DNA of 64,000 bases from the NCBI RefSeq assembly GCF_049075655.1, contig NZ_CP157522.1, positions 192,001 to 256,000 on the forward strand, in the 5' to 3' direction. This DNA comes from Methanothermococcus sp. Ax23. Lineage in GTDB: Archaea; AGJL01; Methanococci; Methanococcales; Methanococcaceae. The position numbers and the translations under genes are program-made. A model generated the notes under the pieces. The model had not been told where the DNA came from. It did not search any database and saw only the letters and a program-made list of their open reading frames with translations. Numbering within the stretch: the first letter of the stretch is position 1; every line of letters begins with the position of its first letter. Shown here one piece after another: positions 10,993 through 21,838 of this stretch.

Positions 10993-11805
10993 TTATTCAT
11001 TGTTATTTTCATCATTGTTATTTTCGTCAGTCTCATTATTGTCTTCATCCAATTCTTCTTCACTTTCTTCTTCCGCCTTTAAATCATCAAATGCCTTTTT
11101 TACAAGCTTTTCAATTTCTTCAAACGATAGTTTTTCCACAGTTTTTGCTTCTGATTTAATTACTGCCATATCTACATTTTCTGGTTTTAATTCTCCCCCC
11201 GTGGTCTTGCTCAGTGTATATATTGCAAGTTCAAGAGCTCCTTCAATTGTTAAATCTTCACTGTATTTTTCTTCAAGGATTTCCATTGCAGCAGGTCTTC
11301 CAGAGCCTATTGCTGTTGCCTTATATTCAATCAATGCTCCACTTGGGTCTGTTTCAAACAATCTTGAACTGTGTCTATCAATACCTGCAATTAATAAAGA
11401 TAAACCAAATGGTCGAGCTCCGCCATGCTGTGTGTATGCCTGTTTAATGTCGCAAATTTTTTTTGCAAGAGCCTCAACTGTTACAGGTTCTCCATAAGTT
11501 ATTTTGTTTATCTGAGCTTCCACTCTTGCCCTGTCTATTAAAACCCTTGCATCCGCTACAAGTCCAGAAGTTGCTGCCATTATATGGTCATCTATTTGAA
11601 ATATTTTCTCTATGGAGCATACTTCTATTAATTTACTTGTTATTCTCCTATCAACTGCTAAAATAACCCCATCTTTACATTTAATACCTATTGCAGTGGT
11701 GCCTCTCCTAACAGCCTCTCTTGCATATTCTACCTGATAAAGTCTTCCTTCTGGGCTGAATACGGTAATTGCCCTATCATATCCTGATGCTGGAACCATT
11801 TGCAT
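10993..11805 (-). CDS. psmA: Proteasome alpha subunit
   Basis: GYDRAITVFSPEGRLYQVEYA; acidic/Asn-rich C-terminal tail. Confidence 0.98.
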   Translation of the reverse strand: MQMVPASGYDRAITVFSPEGRLYQVEYAREAVRRGTTAIGIKCKDGVILAVDRRITSKLIEVCSIEKIFQIDDHIMAATSGLVADARVLIDRARVEAQINKITYGEPVTVEALAKKICDIKQAYTQHGGARPFGLSLLIAGIDRHSSRLFETDPSGALIEYKATAIGSGRPAAMEILEEKYSEDLTIEGALELAIYTLSKTTGGELKPENVDMAVIKSEAKTVEKLSFEEIEKLVKKAFDDLKAEEESEEELDEDNNETDENNNDENNNE

Positions 11806-12143
11806 ATATATCCCTCCAATTTTTATAAATTGTAATAATAGTTATAGTTATGGAAAAGATAATGAATAACTAGTTTAGATTTTTATTTTTTAACATATAT
11901 GGCTATGCTTTTTTATCTCTTTTTCCATGTTTTTTATAATTATTGGTTAATCTATGTTATTATTGTATATATATTTTGTTTATATACGTATATAATATAA
12001 CTTATGCTATAAGAAAACTTAAACGCACATATGTTCATAATTATGACACAACATTTATATACTATAAAATCTAATAAAGATATAATACGATACAGAACAT
12101 TAAATATTTTTTGAATTTCCCGTTTTACTGGGATGGTGATAAT

Positions 12144-12437
12144 ATGATACCTGTGAGCATTTCCGAAGATGCCATGGAATTTATAAAAGAAAAGATTAAA
12201 AAAGCAAATGCTGATTCCTTGGTAATATACTTCGAAGGATTTGGATGAGGCGGACCTAAATTTGGAATAGATATAAAGTCCCCAAATGAAAATGATGAAT
12301 TAATTTACGATGGGGAATTTAAGATATACCTTGACAAAGTGGCAGGACAATTCCTCAATGAAGTTAATATTGTATTAAAGAAATCAATGTTCTATGGGAA
12401 ATATCTTGCCATTAAAGGTATGGGCGGAAAATGCTAA
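12144..12437 (+). CDS. HesB-like selenoprotein (97 aa, in-frame UGA = Sec); not in ORF track
   Basis: GGTGA RBS; MIPVSISEDAMEFIKEK...YFEGFG-U(TGA 12246-12248)-GGPKFGI...GMGGKC; SECIS immediately downstream. Confidence 0.92.
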
Positions 12438-12441
12438 GTGC

Positions 12442-12473
12442 TGAACCTAAGAACCCTTATGGGATTAGGTTCA
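12442..12473 (+). promoter_or_regulatory. Archaeal SECIS element
   Basis: TGAACCTAA-GAA-CCC-TTAT-GGG-A-TTAGGTTCA: 9-bp stem, GAA/A internal loop, 3 C-G pairs, apical loop. Confidence 0.9.
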
Positions 12474-12691
12474 TTAATTTCTTTTTTAATTTTCTTATTT
12501 TTATCAAAGATAAAATTACATTTTTTGTCATATTATATTTATCAGTTGAATATTTTTATTTTTAAATCCTTTTTTAGTGAATTAAATGTAAATTTACGCA
12601 TTAAACAAAATATTAAAGTCAATTTTAACATTAACCAAAAGATTTTAATAACTTAAAAATTATACCATCATAAAAAAGTAGTGGTGATATT

Positions 12692-13912
12692 GTGAAGGCT
12701 GTTATTTTTATTGTTGATGGATTAGGCGATAGGCCAAATACTGAGGGAAACACACCATTAAAAGAGGCCAATACACCTACAATAGACAGAATGGCAAAAG
12801 AAAGTATTTGTGGTATAATGAATGCCGTTGATATTGGAGTTAGGCCTGGAAGCGATACTGCACATTTAGCTATACTGGGATATGACCCCCATGAAAACTA
12901 CACTGGGAGAGGACCTTTTGAAGCAGCGGGTGTAGGCATTGACGTGCAACCGGGAGATATAGCATTTAGATGTAATTTTGCCACCGTTGATGAAAATTTT
13001 GTCGTAATCGACAGAAGAGCGGGAAGAATAAAAAACACGGAAGAGCTCGAAAAAGCAATTGATGGTATTGAAGTTGATGGGGTTAAAGTAATCTTCAAAC
13101 AGTCAGGAGGATATAGGGCAGCACTTGTTTTAAGAGGAGATAAGTTAAGCGACAAAATAACCGAAGGAGACCCACACCACGAAGGAGTAAAGGTTCCAGA
13201 AATAAAACCCCTGGATGATTCAGAAGAAGCAAAAAGAACTGCTGATGTGCTGAATAAAATAATAAAAATAGCTTATGAAAAATTAAACAACCATCCAGTA
13301 AATGAAGAAAGAAGGAAAAATGGACTCCCTCCTGCAAATATCATATTGCCAAGAGGTGTTGGGAAGGTTCCAACCATTCAGCCGTTCAGCGAAAAATATG
13401 GATTAAAAGGAGCATGTATTGCAGGAACTGGTCTTATAAAAGGTATTGCAAAAATGGTAAAATTGGATTATATAGATGTTGAAGGAGCTACGGGAACCCC
13501 TGAAACCAATTTCATGAACAAGGCAAAGGCCATTGTGGAAGGGCTTAAAACATATGATTTTATTATTATTAATGTGAAAGGGGCAGACGAAGCTTCACAC
13601 GATGGAAACTACGAGCTCAAAAAGAAAGTTATTGAAAAAGTAGATGGAATGTTGAAATACATACTTGATAATATCGATAAAAACGAGGTTTATTTCGTAT
13701 TAACGGGAGACCACTCTACCCCAATAGAAGAAAAAGACCACTCAGCAGACCCAATTCCTATATTAATATGGGGTAAAAGTGTAAGAGTTGATGATGTGGA
13801 AAAATTCGACGAGTTTTCCACATATAAAGGAGGGTTATGTTGGATAAGAGGTAAGGATATACTACCAATACTGCTTGATTTAATGGGATTGGCTAAAAAA
13901 TACGGTGCATAA
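12692..13912 (+). CDS. apgM: 2,3-BPG-independent phosphoglycerate mutase
   Basis: DGLGDRP, PGSDTAH, YTGRGPFEA, DEASHD, TGDHSTP. Confidence 0.96.
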   Translation: MKAVIFIVDGLGDRPNTEGNTPLKEANTPTIDRMAKESICGIMNAVDIGVRPGSDTAHLAILGYDPHENYTGRGPFEAAGVGIDVQPGDIAFRCNFATVDENFVVIDRRAGRIKNTEELEKAIDGIEVDGVKVIFKQSGGYRAALVLRGDKLSDKITEGDPHHEGVKVPEIKPLDDSEEAKRTADVLNKIIKIAYEKLNNHPVNEERRKNGLPPANIILPRGVGKVPTIQPFSEKYGLKGACIAGTGLIKGIAKMVKLDYIDVEGATGTPETNFMNKAKAIVEGLKTYDFIIINVKGADEASHDGNYELKKKVIEKVDGMLKYILDNIDKNEVYFVLTGDHSTPIEEKDHSADPIPILIWGKSVRVDDVEKFDEFSTYKGGLCWIRGKDILPILLDLMGLAKKYGA

Positions 13913-14036
13913 TTGATTAATACCATAATGCTGTTAAATTATTCATTATTAAATTGATTATTTATTGACTTATTAATTTATTCTATTTTTATCATCATAT
14001 TTTATTATATTTTTATAATTACTATTTAGTGATACC

Positions 14037-15032
14037 ATGGAGCTCCTACAATTTTATGAAAAATCCATTAGAAAGGAAATTACATATAAAGACGCCATCG
14101 AACTTTGGGACTACGATGTTTATGATTTACTTTATACGGCATATTCCGTTAAAAAATATTACAACAATAAAAACAATAACAGCAACAATAATGCCAACAA
14201 TAACAAAATCGATTTATGTTCCATAATAAATGCAAAATCTGGGAGATGTCCTGAAAACTGTGCATTTTGCTCCCAGTCCATACATAATAAGGTGAATATC
14301 AATATTTACGACTTAAAACCAAAGGAAGAGATTTTAAAATATGCAAAATACATAGAAAAATACAGCCACAGGCTTTCAATAGTTGTAAGTGGAAAAACTG
14401 TAAATAATGACGAGTTTGAAAAAATAATGGATACGATAAAGGAAATAAAAGAAAAAACAAATTTAAAAGTCTGTGCTTCATTGGGAATTCTCGATAAAGA
14501 CAGATTAAAAGAATTAAAAGAATTAAATGTTAGAATACATAACAATCTGGAAACTTCGAGGGATTATTTTGATAATATATGCACCACACATAAATACGAT
14601 GACAAAATAAAAACAATAAAAACCGCTAAAAAATTGGGATTGGAAGTTTGTAGTGGGGGAATATTTGGACTTGGGGAAACTTTCGAAGATAGAATTAAGA
14701 TGTTTGAGGAATTGAAAAACCTTAATGTAGATGGCATAGCTTTAAACATTATCCATCCAATGGAGGGAACAAAAATATATAATTTAATTGCGGAAAATAA
14801 AATAAAAAGAATTACGCCAATTGAGGCGTTAAAGTCCATAGCAATAGCAAAAATATATCTACCTGATAGAGAAATACGGCTCTGCGGTGGAAGAGAATAT
14901 AATTTAAATGATTTGCAGAGTTTGGCACTATTAGCACTTGATGGACTTATGGTTGGAAACTATCTAACTACAAAGGGAAGAAATATTGATGACGATATAA
15001 AAATGATAATTGACATGGGATTTAAATGTTAA
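14037..15032 (+). CDS. bioB: Biotin synthase
   Basis: NAKSGRCPENCAFCSQS, HNNLET, CSGGIFG, GNYLTT. Confidence 0.95.
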   Translation: MELLQFYEKSIRKEITYKDAIELWDYDVYDLLYTAYSVKKYYNNKNNNSNNNANNNKIDLCSIINAKSGRCPENCAFCSQSIHNKVNINIYDLKPKEEILKYAKYIEKYSHRLSIVVSGKTVNNDEFEKIMDTIKEIKEKTNLKVCASLGILDKDRLKELKELNVRIHNNLETSRDYFDNICTTHKYDDKIKTIKTAKKLGLEVCSGGIFGLGETFEDRIKMFEELKNLNVDGIALNIIHPMEGTKIYNLIAENKIKRITPIEALKSIAIAKIYLPDREIRLCGGREYNLNDLQSLALLALDGLMVGNYLTTKGRNIDDDIKMIIDMGFKC

Positions 15033-15823
15033 TGGAAAAATACCAAAAATTGAAAGATTATTTTAAAGGAAAAAAAGTAATAGTATCTTATTCCGGTGGC
15101 ATCGATAGTTCATTAGTAGCTAAGGTGAGCTCCGATAATGCAAAATACACTCTCGCCATCACAATAGATAACGGCTTTTTTTCAGAGGATGCCGTAAATA
15201 ATGCAATAGAACGAGCTAAAAAATACAATATAAACCACAAAATCATAAAAATGAACTATATGGACAGCGAGGACATAATATCTAAAATAAATAACGATTT
15301 AAAAAATAGGTGCTACTTCTGTAAAAAGTTCATGGCAGAGGAGCTCGTAAAGGAAAAAAATAAATTAAGTGATAATGTAATTAATAATGATATAATCATT
15401 GTGGATGGAACAAACTACGATGATTTGTTTGAAGATAGACCTGGAATGAGAGCATATAAGGAATACAACATAAAATCACCCCTTGCAGAGCTGAAATTTT
15501 CCAAAAATGATATAATCAACATTTCAAAATATCTAAATCTCGATATTCCAAAAAAAGATACCTGTTTAGCCACGCGGGTTTTAAATCCACCGATTACAGA
15601 GGAAAAACTAAAAATGGTGGAAAGGGCAGAAAGATTTTTAGCATCATTTTTAAATATTGAGGGCTATTTCAGAGTAAGGCATTTTTATGATATTGCCATT
15701 ATTGAAATAAATAAAGATGAAGTTTATAAATTTGAAACTGATATAGATAATCTAAAAACAATAAATAAAAAATTTAAAGAAATAGGATTTAAAAAATGCG
15801 TATTGGATTTTAATCTAAAATAA
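15026..15823 (+). CDS. larE: LarE-family ATP-dependent sulfur transferase
   Basis: PP-loop SYSGGIDS, RCYFCK, DGTN.DD..EDRPG, CLATR, RVRH. Confidence 0.8.
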   Translation: MLMEKYQKLKDYFKGKKVIVSYSGGIDSSLVAKVSSDNAKYTLAITIDNGFFSEDAVNNAIERAKKYNINHKIIKMNYMDSEDIISKINNDLKNRCYFCKKFMAEELVKEKNKLSDNVINNDIIIVDGTNYDDLFEDRPGMRAYKEYNIKSPLAELKFSKNDIINISKYLNLDIPKKDTCLATRVLNPPITEEKLKMVERAERFLASFLNIEGYFRVRHFYDIAIIEINKDEVYKFETDIDNLKTINKKFKEIGFKKCVLDFNLK

Positions 15824-15890
15824 TTAGTTAAGGGTTTAGATTATAATTTAATAATAATTAAAAACAGCATATAGGTATAATGGTGATTAC

Positions 15891-17042
15891 ATGGATGAAA
15901 ATATAAATCTTGATAAATACAGAAACATTAAAAGACATCTCGGAAGAGAAATGATTGATTTGAACCCAATTCAAAGGGGCGGAGTCCTTCCAATAGAATC
16001 AAAAAAGGTAATGTATGAATACTGGGATGGATACAGTGTTTGCGACTACTGTGGAGGGCGACTTGATGAGGTTGAAACTCCACCAATCTGCGAATTTTTA
16101 AACGACATGTCAAAATTTTTAGATATGGATATATCAAGACCAACACACGGAGCTCGGGAGAGTAAATTTATAGTCATGCACTCAATATGTAAAGAAGGAG
16201 ATTATGTAGTCCTCGATGAAAACGCCCATTACACATCCTATGTTGCTATGGAAAGGGCGAAATTAAATCATGCAGTGGTAAAAAGTGAGGGCTATCCCAC
16301 ATATAGAATAAATCCCGAAGGCTATAAGGAAGTTATCGATAATTTAGAGGATGAGGGAAAAAACATAGGCTTAATACTTCTCACCCATGTGGATGGAAAC
16401 TATGGAAACCTTGCAGATGCTGAAAAAGTGGGAAAGATTGCAAAAGATAAGGGTTATCCATTTTTATTAAATTGTGCATACACCGTTGGAAGAATGCCTG
16501 TAAAGGGTAAAAAATTAAATGCCGACTTTTTAGCATGTTCAGGGCATAAAAGTATGGCGGCGTCTGGTCCTATGGGCATATTATCAATAAGGGATGAATT
16601 TGCAGACCGGATTTTAAGAACATCAAAAACCCACCCTGTTAAAGAGGTTGAGATGCTTGGATGCACCAGCAGGGGAGCTCCGATAGTATCACTTATGGCG
16701 AGCTTCCCTCACATTGTGGAAAGGGTTAAACACTGGGATGAGGAAATTAAGAAAACAAGGTTTGTAGTAGATGAGCTCGAAGAGATTGGATTTAAACAGA
16801 TTGGAGTAAAACCAAAGGAACATGATTTAATCAAATTTGAAACCCCTATACTTGATGAGATTGCACAGAAAGATAAAAGAAGAGGCTATTTCTTCTATGA
16901 CGAGTTGAAGAAAAGAGGAATCGGCGGAATAAGGAGGGGAACTACAAAAGAGGTAAAAATGAGCGTTTATGGTTTAACATGGGAGCAGGTTGAGTATGTT
17001 GTAAATAGTATTAAAGAAATTGTTGAAAATAATATAAAATAA
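15891..17042 (+). CDS. pscS: Sep-tRNA:Cys-tRNA synthase
   Basis: NPIQRGG, GYSVCDYC, GARE, SGHKSMA (PLP lysine), LGCTSRG. Confidence 0.96.
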   Translation: MDENINLDKYRNIKRHLGREMIDLNPIQRGGVLPIESKKVMYEYWDGYSVCDYCGGRLDEVETPPICEFLNDMSKFLDMDISRPTHGARESKFIVMHSICKEGDYVVLDENAHYTSYVAMERAKLNHAVVKSEGYPTYRINPEGYKEVIDNLEDEGKNIGLILLTHVDGNYGNLADAEKVGKIAKDKGYPFLLNCAYTVGRMPVKGKKLNADFLACSGHKSMAASGPMGILSIRDEFADRILRTSKTHPVKEVEMLGCTSRGAPIVSLMASFPHIVERVKHWDEEIKKTRFVVDELEEIGFKQIGVKPKEHDLIKFETPILDEIAQKDKRRGYFFYDELKKRGIGGIRRGTTKEVKMSVYGLTWEQVEYVVNSIKEIVENNIK

Positions 17043-17208
17043 CATTATAACAATAAAAATTATTTAATATTATTTTAAAACACTTAATTTTTATTTTTAA
17101 TATTTATTTTATTTTAATTTTGAATAAAAAATAACAAATTTTATAAATTAAAGTTAAGATATAAATATATCATAAATGATTATTTAACTAAAAAATTAGG
17201 GGGTAAAT

Positions 17209-19320
17209 ATGCTTGATAAAATCTTTAATCCAAAATCCATTGCAGTAATTGGAGCATCCAGCACCGAGGGAAAAGTGGGGCATGCCATAATGAAAAATCT
17301 AATGGCATTTGTAGAAAACAGCCCCAATAACAAAATTTATCCAATAAACCCAAAATACGACGAAATATTGGGCATCAAATGCTACAAGTCTGTGTTAGAT
17401 GCTCCCGATAATATTGATTTAGCAGTAATTACCATACCTGCAAGGCTTATACCAAATACATTAGAAGAATGTGGAAAGAAGGGGATAAAAGGGGCAGTGA
17501 TAATATCCGCAGGTTTTTCAGAGGTTGGAAACTACGAGCTCGAAGAGGAAGTAAAAACAATAGCAAAAAAATATAACATAAGAATAATAGGTCCAAACTG
17601 TCTGGGAATAATAAATATGCACAACAGATTGAACGCTTCATTCAGCAAAGAATATTTTAAAGAGGGGAATATAACATTTATATCCCAGAGTGGGGCAGTA
17701 TTAACAGCCATACTTGATATAGCACCCCTTTTAAATTTAGGATTCTCAAAAATAATCAGCCTTGGGAATAAAATTGACATTCAGGAAAGCGATTTAATGG
17801 AATATTTAATTCATGATGATACAACAGAGGTTGTTGTTTTTTATATTGAGGGATTAAAGGATAAAAAATTTATAAAATCTGCAAAAAAGCTTGCAAAGGT
17901 TAAACCAATTATTGCCTTAAAAAGTGGAAAAACAGAAGCAGGAGCTAAGGCAGCATCTTCCCATACTGGAAGTTTGGCAGGAGATAATCAGATATACAAT
18001 GCCGCATTTAAAAAAGGAAAAGTCCTCACGGTTGAAACCTTTGAAGAATTGGTTAATTTAATGCACGTATTTTCAACACAACCACTTATGAAAAGTGATA
18101 AAATAGGAATTATTACAAATGCGGGAGGATTTGGAGTAATAGCTGCCGATAGCTGTAAAAAGTATGGTCTAACCATTGGAGAGTTTGAAGAATCTACGCG
18201 GGAAGAATTAAAAAAATATCTTCCACCAACATCGTCCATTTCAAATCCTCTTGATTTAATTGGTGATGCAGATACTGATAGATATAAAAACGCATTGAAT
18301 ATCGTTAAAAATGATAAAAATATCGACGGAATGCTTGTAATACTTACACCGCAAGAGATGACAAAGCCCTTGGAAGTTGCAGATGTGATTGTTGAGACAA
18401 AAAACAAAATGAAAAATGAAGGGATATACAAACCAATTGTGGCATCATTCGTTGGAGGAGAATCCATTAAAGGGGCAAAGAGCTATTTAAGAAAAAATGG
18501 AGTTCCCACATATATTTCTCCTGAAAGTGGAATTGAGGCACTGTCGAGCTCCTACAAATACAACACCATGAAAATAAAAGAAGACAATTGTGAATATTTA
18601 AACAGCATAAAAGACGAACTATTGAAAATAAAAGAAAAGTATAATGATATTGTTAAAAACCTTCTTAATAATCCTAATGAATATAATTCAAAAGAGTTTT
18701 TAAAAATACATGGAATGAAAGTTCCAAAAAGATATTTAGCAAAAACTCCCGAAGAAGCGGAAGAGTATGCATCTGATTTAGATGATGTTGTAATGAAAAT
18801 ATCCTCTCCTGATATTCTGCATAAATCAGATGCTGGATGTGTAATGGTAAAACCAGAAGACATTAAAAAAGCATTTAATACTATTATGGAAAACGGAAAA
18901 AGATATTTGGAAAAAAACGGAATTGAAGGAGTTATTGATGGAGTCCTGATTGAGGAATATATAGAAGGTCTTGAAGTTATTGTTGGAGGAAAAAGAGATG
19001 CCGTGTTCGGTCCTGTTGTAATGGTGGGATTAGGGGGAGTATTTGTCGAAGTTTTGAAGGATGTTTCATTCGGCATTCATCCAATTACAAGGGATTATGC
19101 ATTGGATAAATTGAAAGAATTAAAATCATATAAAGTTTTAGAAGGAATTAGGGGAAGACCTAAAAGGGATATTGATTTTATAATTGATATTATGGTTAGA
19201 TTGGGAATAATAATGGAAATATATCCTGAAATAAAAGAAATTGATATAAATCCATTGTTTGTAAAAGAGGATGGAAGGGGTGGATGTGTTGGTGATGCTT
19301 TGATTATTGTTGAAAAATAA
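17209..19320 (+). CDS. ADP-forming acyl/acetyl-CoA synthetase (fused alpha-beta)
   Basis: IAVIGAS, GPNCLG, SHTGSLAG, NPLDL, ATP-grasp HKSD and EIDINP. Confidence 0.93.
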   Translation: MLDKIFNPKSIAVIGASSTEGKVGHAIMKNLMAFVENSPNNKIYPINPKYDEILGIKCYKSVLDAPDNIDLAVITIPARLIPNTLEECGKKGIKGAVIISAGFSEVGNYELEEEVKTIAKKYNIRIIGPNCLGIINMHNRLNASFSKEYFKEGNITFISQSGAVLTAILDIAPLLNLGFSKIISLGNKIDIQESDLMEYLIHDDTTEVVVFYIEGLKDKKFIKSAKKLAKVKPIIALKSGKTEAGAKAASSHTGSLAGDNQIYNAAFKKGKVLTVETFEELVNLMHVFSTQPLMKSDKIGIITNAGGFGVIAADSCKKYGLTIGEFEESTREELKKYLPPTSSISNPLDLIGDADTDRYKNALNIVKNDKNIDGMLVILTPQEMTKPLEVADVIVETKNKMKNEGIYKPIVASFVGGESIKGAKSYLRKNGVPTYISPESGIEALSSSYKYNTMKIKEDNCEYLNSIKDELLKIKEKYNDIVKNLLNNPNEYNSKEFLKIHGMKVPKRYLAKTPEEAEEYASDLDDVVMKISSPDILHKSDAGCVMVKPEDIKKAFNTIMENGKRYLEKNGIEGVIDGVLIEEYIEGLEVIVGGKRDAVFGPVVMVGLGGVFVEVLKDVSFGIHPITRDYALDKLKELKSYKVLEGIRGRPKRDIDFIIDIMVRLGIIMEIYPEIKEIDINPLFVKEDGRGGCVGDALIIVEK

Positions 19321-19368
19321 GAAGGGCCAATATAATAAATAATTATAATGAATATTGCAATAATTAAT

Positions 19369-20034
19369 CTATAAATCAATTAATTCTATATTTTTAATTC
19401 TAACTTTATCATTTTTGTCAAATACATCAGATATAAAAAATGATTCCTGCGATGGATTAACGATATAACTGTTATTTATTTTATCAATACATTTACTTTC
19501 ATGTATATGCCCACATATAACCAAAGATGGACTGTATTCTTCAATAATTTTTCTCACTGATTCGCTTCCAACATTATCCTCCCCAACTCTATCTGCCATG
19601 GTATTTTTTGGCGGTGCATGAGATATTAATATAAAATTATTTATCAAATCCTCTTTTTTTATACCTTTAACTGCATTCTTGAACTTGGTATATAACTCTT
19701 CCTCGGTATATTCATTGGGCGTGTTAAACGGTGTTGGATTACTTCCTCCAATTCCTATAAATTTTATGTTGTTTATTTCAACACATTTTCCATCGATGTT
19801 TATATTCAATTCATTTAACTTGTTTATGGATTCGCCATTGTCGCAGTTTCCAGGAACTGTTAAGACTTGCACATTTTCCTTTTCCTTTAAATATTTCAAA
19901 TAATCAATTATTCTTAAATCTCTTCCAAAATGAGTAATATCTCCCGAAACAATAACCATATCTGGTTTATACAATAAAACTCTGCTGAAATTCACAATTC
20001 TTCCGTGCAAGTCGGTTAATCCTGCTATCCTCAT
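19369..20034 (-). CDS. Metallophosphoesterase (Icc-like)
   Basis: DLH, GD, GNCD, SHAPP, GHIHE. Confidence 0.92.
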   Translation of the reverse strand: MRIAGLTDLHGRIVNFSRVLLYKPDMVIVSGDITHFGRDLRIIDYLKYLKEKENVQVLTVPGNCDNGESINKLNELNINIDGKCVEINNIKFIGIGGSNPTPFNTPNEYTEEELYTKFKNAVKGIKKEDLINNFILISHAPPKNTMADRVGEDNVGSESVRKIIEEYSPSLVICGHIHESKCIDKINNSYIVNPSQESFFISDVFDKNDKVRIKNIELIDL

Positions 20035-20075
20035 AAAATCCCTCTTTTACCATCTTTATTTATTTCTTTGTTTTT

Positions 20076-21710
20076 TTACTGAATTTTAACAAATTTTATC
20101 TCATCATTACACACAACTAAATTTCCCTTCCATTCTTCTTTTGTTTCTGGATAGTCTGAACGGTAGTGAGCTCCCCTGCTTTCCCTCCTCTCCAATGCAC
20201 ATTTCACAATAATTTCTGCAACTGTAATCATGTTCTTTAATTCAAGGTATTTTTGAATTTCAATGATTCCGTTTATTTTTACATTTTCTGCTTTATTTTT
20301 CAAGTCATCTATCTCTGAAAGTGCCTTTTTTAATCCCCCTTCGTTTCTCACTATTGAAACATAGTCCCACATAATACCTTTAAGCGAATTTATTAATTCA
20401 AATACATTATACTTATTGTCATTTTCGTTTTTGTTATTTCCATTATTCATTTTATTAGCAATTTCTTCTTTAATATCCATTATTAACTTATCTGCATATT
20501 CCTTTATATCTTTTAAATTAAATTCGCTTTCTTCTGCAAATTCTTCCGCACTTCTTCCAGCAATTGCTCCAAATACCTGAGTATCTGCCAGTGCATTTCC
20601 TCCCAGTCGGTTTGCACCGTGTATTCCTCCTGCAACTTCACCGCATGCAAAAAGCCCTTTTATGTTTGTTTCGCATCTTTCATTTATTCTTACACCGCCC
20701 ATTGAATGGTGTGCCGTAGGTGCTATAATCATTGGTTCCCTTCTTATATCTACGCCTATATCCATAAACTGCCTGAACATTGTTTCAAGCCGTTCTTCAA
20801 TGATTTCATCATCGAGATGAGACACATCTAAATAAACTCCCCCATTTACTCCCCTACCTTCCTGTATCTCATTGTATATTGCCTTTGCAACTACATCCCT
20901 TGTGGAGAGCTCCATCCTATCTTTGTCATAATTTACCATAAACCTTTCTTTATTTTTGTTGTATAAAATTCCCCCCTCTCCCCTTACAGCTTCTGTAACA
21001 AGAACTCCTGTTCCAACCATTCCTGTTGGGTGGAACTGCACCATTTCCATATCTATTAATTCCACTCCCTCATTGTATGCCATTGCAAAGCCGTCTCCAA
21101 CCTTTTGAATAGGATTTGATGTGATTGGATATAACTGCCCAGCCCCTCCTGTTGCAAGAACTGTGGATTTTGCATATATTGGGAAAATGTCCCCTGTAAT
21201 CATGTTTAAAAACAGAGCTCCGTAGCATCTATTATCCTTTACTATTAATTTTATTGCCATTGTGTCTTCTAAAATTTTAACTTTTTCAAGTTTATTTATA
21301 TACTCCATTAAACCTGCCATGAGCTCATGCCCTGTCCTGTCTCCACTATAACAAGTCCTATTGAAACTCTGCCCACCAAATGGTCTTTGAGCTATTGTTC
21401 CATCGTCGTTTCTATCGAATATTGAGCCAAATTTTTCCAAATTTTTTAATTCTTTTGGAGCATTTTTTATAAGAATTTCTACGAGTTTGGGATTATTTAT
21501 ATATCCCCCTCCCTTCATGGTGTCCTCAAAGTGCTTCTTAAAATCATCTTCTGGGTTTAATACTGCATTATATCCACCTTCTGCCATAACTGTGCATCCG
21601 CTTTTACCGAAAAGCCCCTTAACTGCGATGATTACATTTTTGTTGCTACATTCTATGGCACATCTTGCCGCAGCTCCTCCACCGCCAATAATTAAAACAT
21701 CTGTAATCAT
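20076..21710 (-). CDS. tfrA: Thiol:fumarate reductase flavoprotein subunit A
   Basis: GGGGA, QFHPTG, TEAVRGEGG, HGANRLGGN, RESRGAH. Confidence 0.92.
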   Translation of the reverse strand: MITDVLIIGGGGAAARCAIECSNKNVIIAVKGLFGKSGCTVMAEGGYNAVLNPEDDFKKHFEDTMKGGGYINNPKLVEILIKNAPKELKNLEKFGSIFDRNDDGTIAQRPFGGQSFNRTCYSGDRTGHELMAGLMEYINKLEKVKILEDTMAIKLIVKDNRCYGALFLNMITGDIFPIYAKSTVLATGGAGQLYPITSNPIQKVGDGFAMAYNEGVELIDMEMVQFHPTGMVGTGVLVTEAVRGEGGILYNKNKERFMVNYDKDRMELSTRDVVAKAIYNEIQEGRGVNGGVYLDVSHLDDEIIEERLETMFRQFMDIGVDIRREPMIIAPTAHHSMGGVRINERCETNIKGLFACGEVAGGIHGANRLGGNALADTQVFGAIAGRSAEEFAEESEFNLKDIKEYADKLIMDIKEEIANKMNNGNNKNENDNKYNVFELINSLKGIMWDYVSIVRNEGGLKKALSEIDDLKNKAENVKINGIIEIQKYLELKNMITVAEIIVKCALERRESRGAHYRSDYPETKEEWKGNLVVCNDEIKFVKIQ

Positions 21711-21838
21711 AAAATCACCTAAAAAAATTATAATTTATAACATTATAATAATTTTTATTGTCAAATCTATTAAAAAAAGTATTTTTAAAATTTATTAATA
21801 ATTATTGGTTTTATTAATATATATCTATATTAACATAT

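Noticed and set aside
12438-12656. 72-aa ORF
   Set aside because: It overlaps the SECIS and an AT-rich terminator/promoter region; low complexity.
14160-14205. AAC/AAT run coding an Asn tract in bioB (similar tail in psmA)
   Set aside because: In-frame low-complexity expansion with no sign of phase variation.
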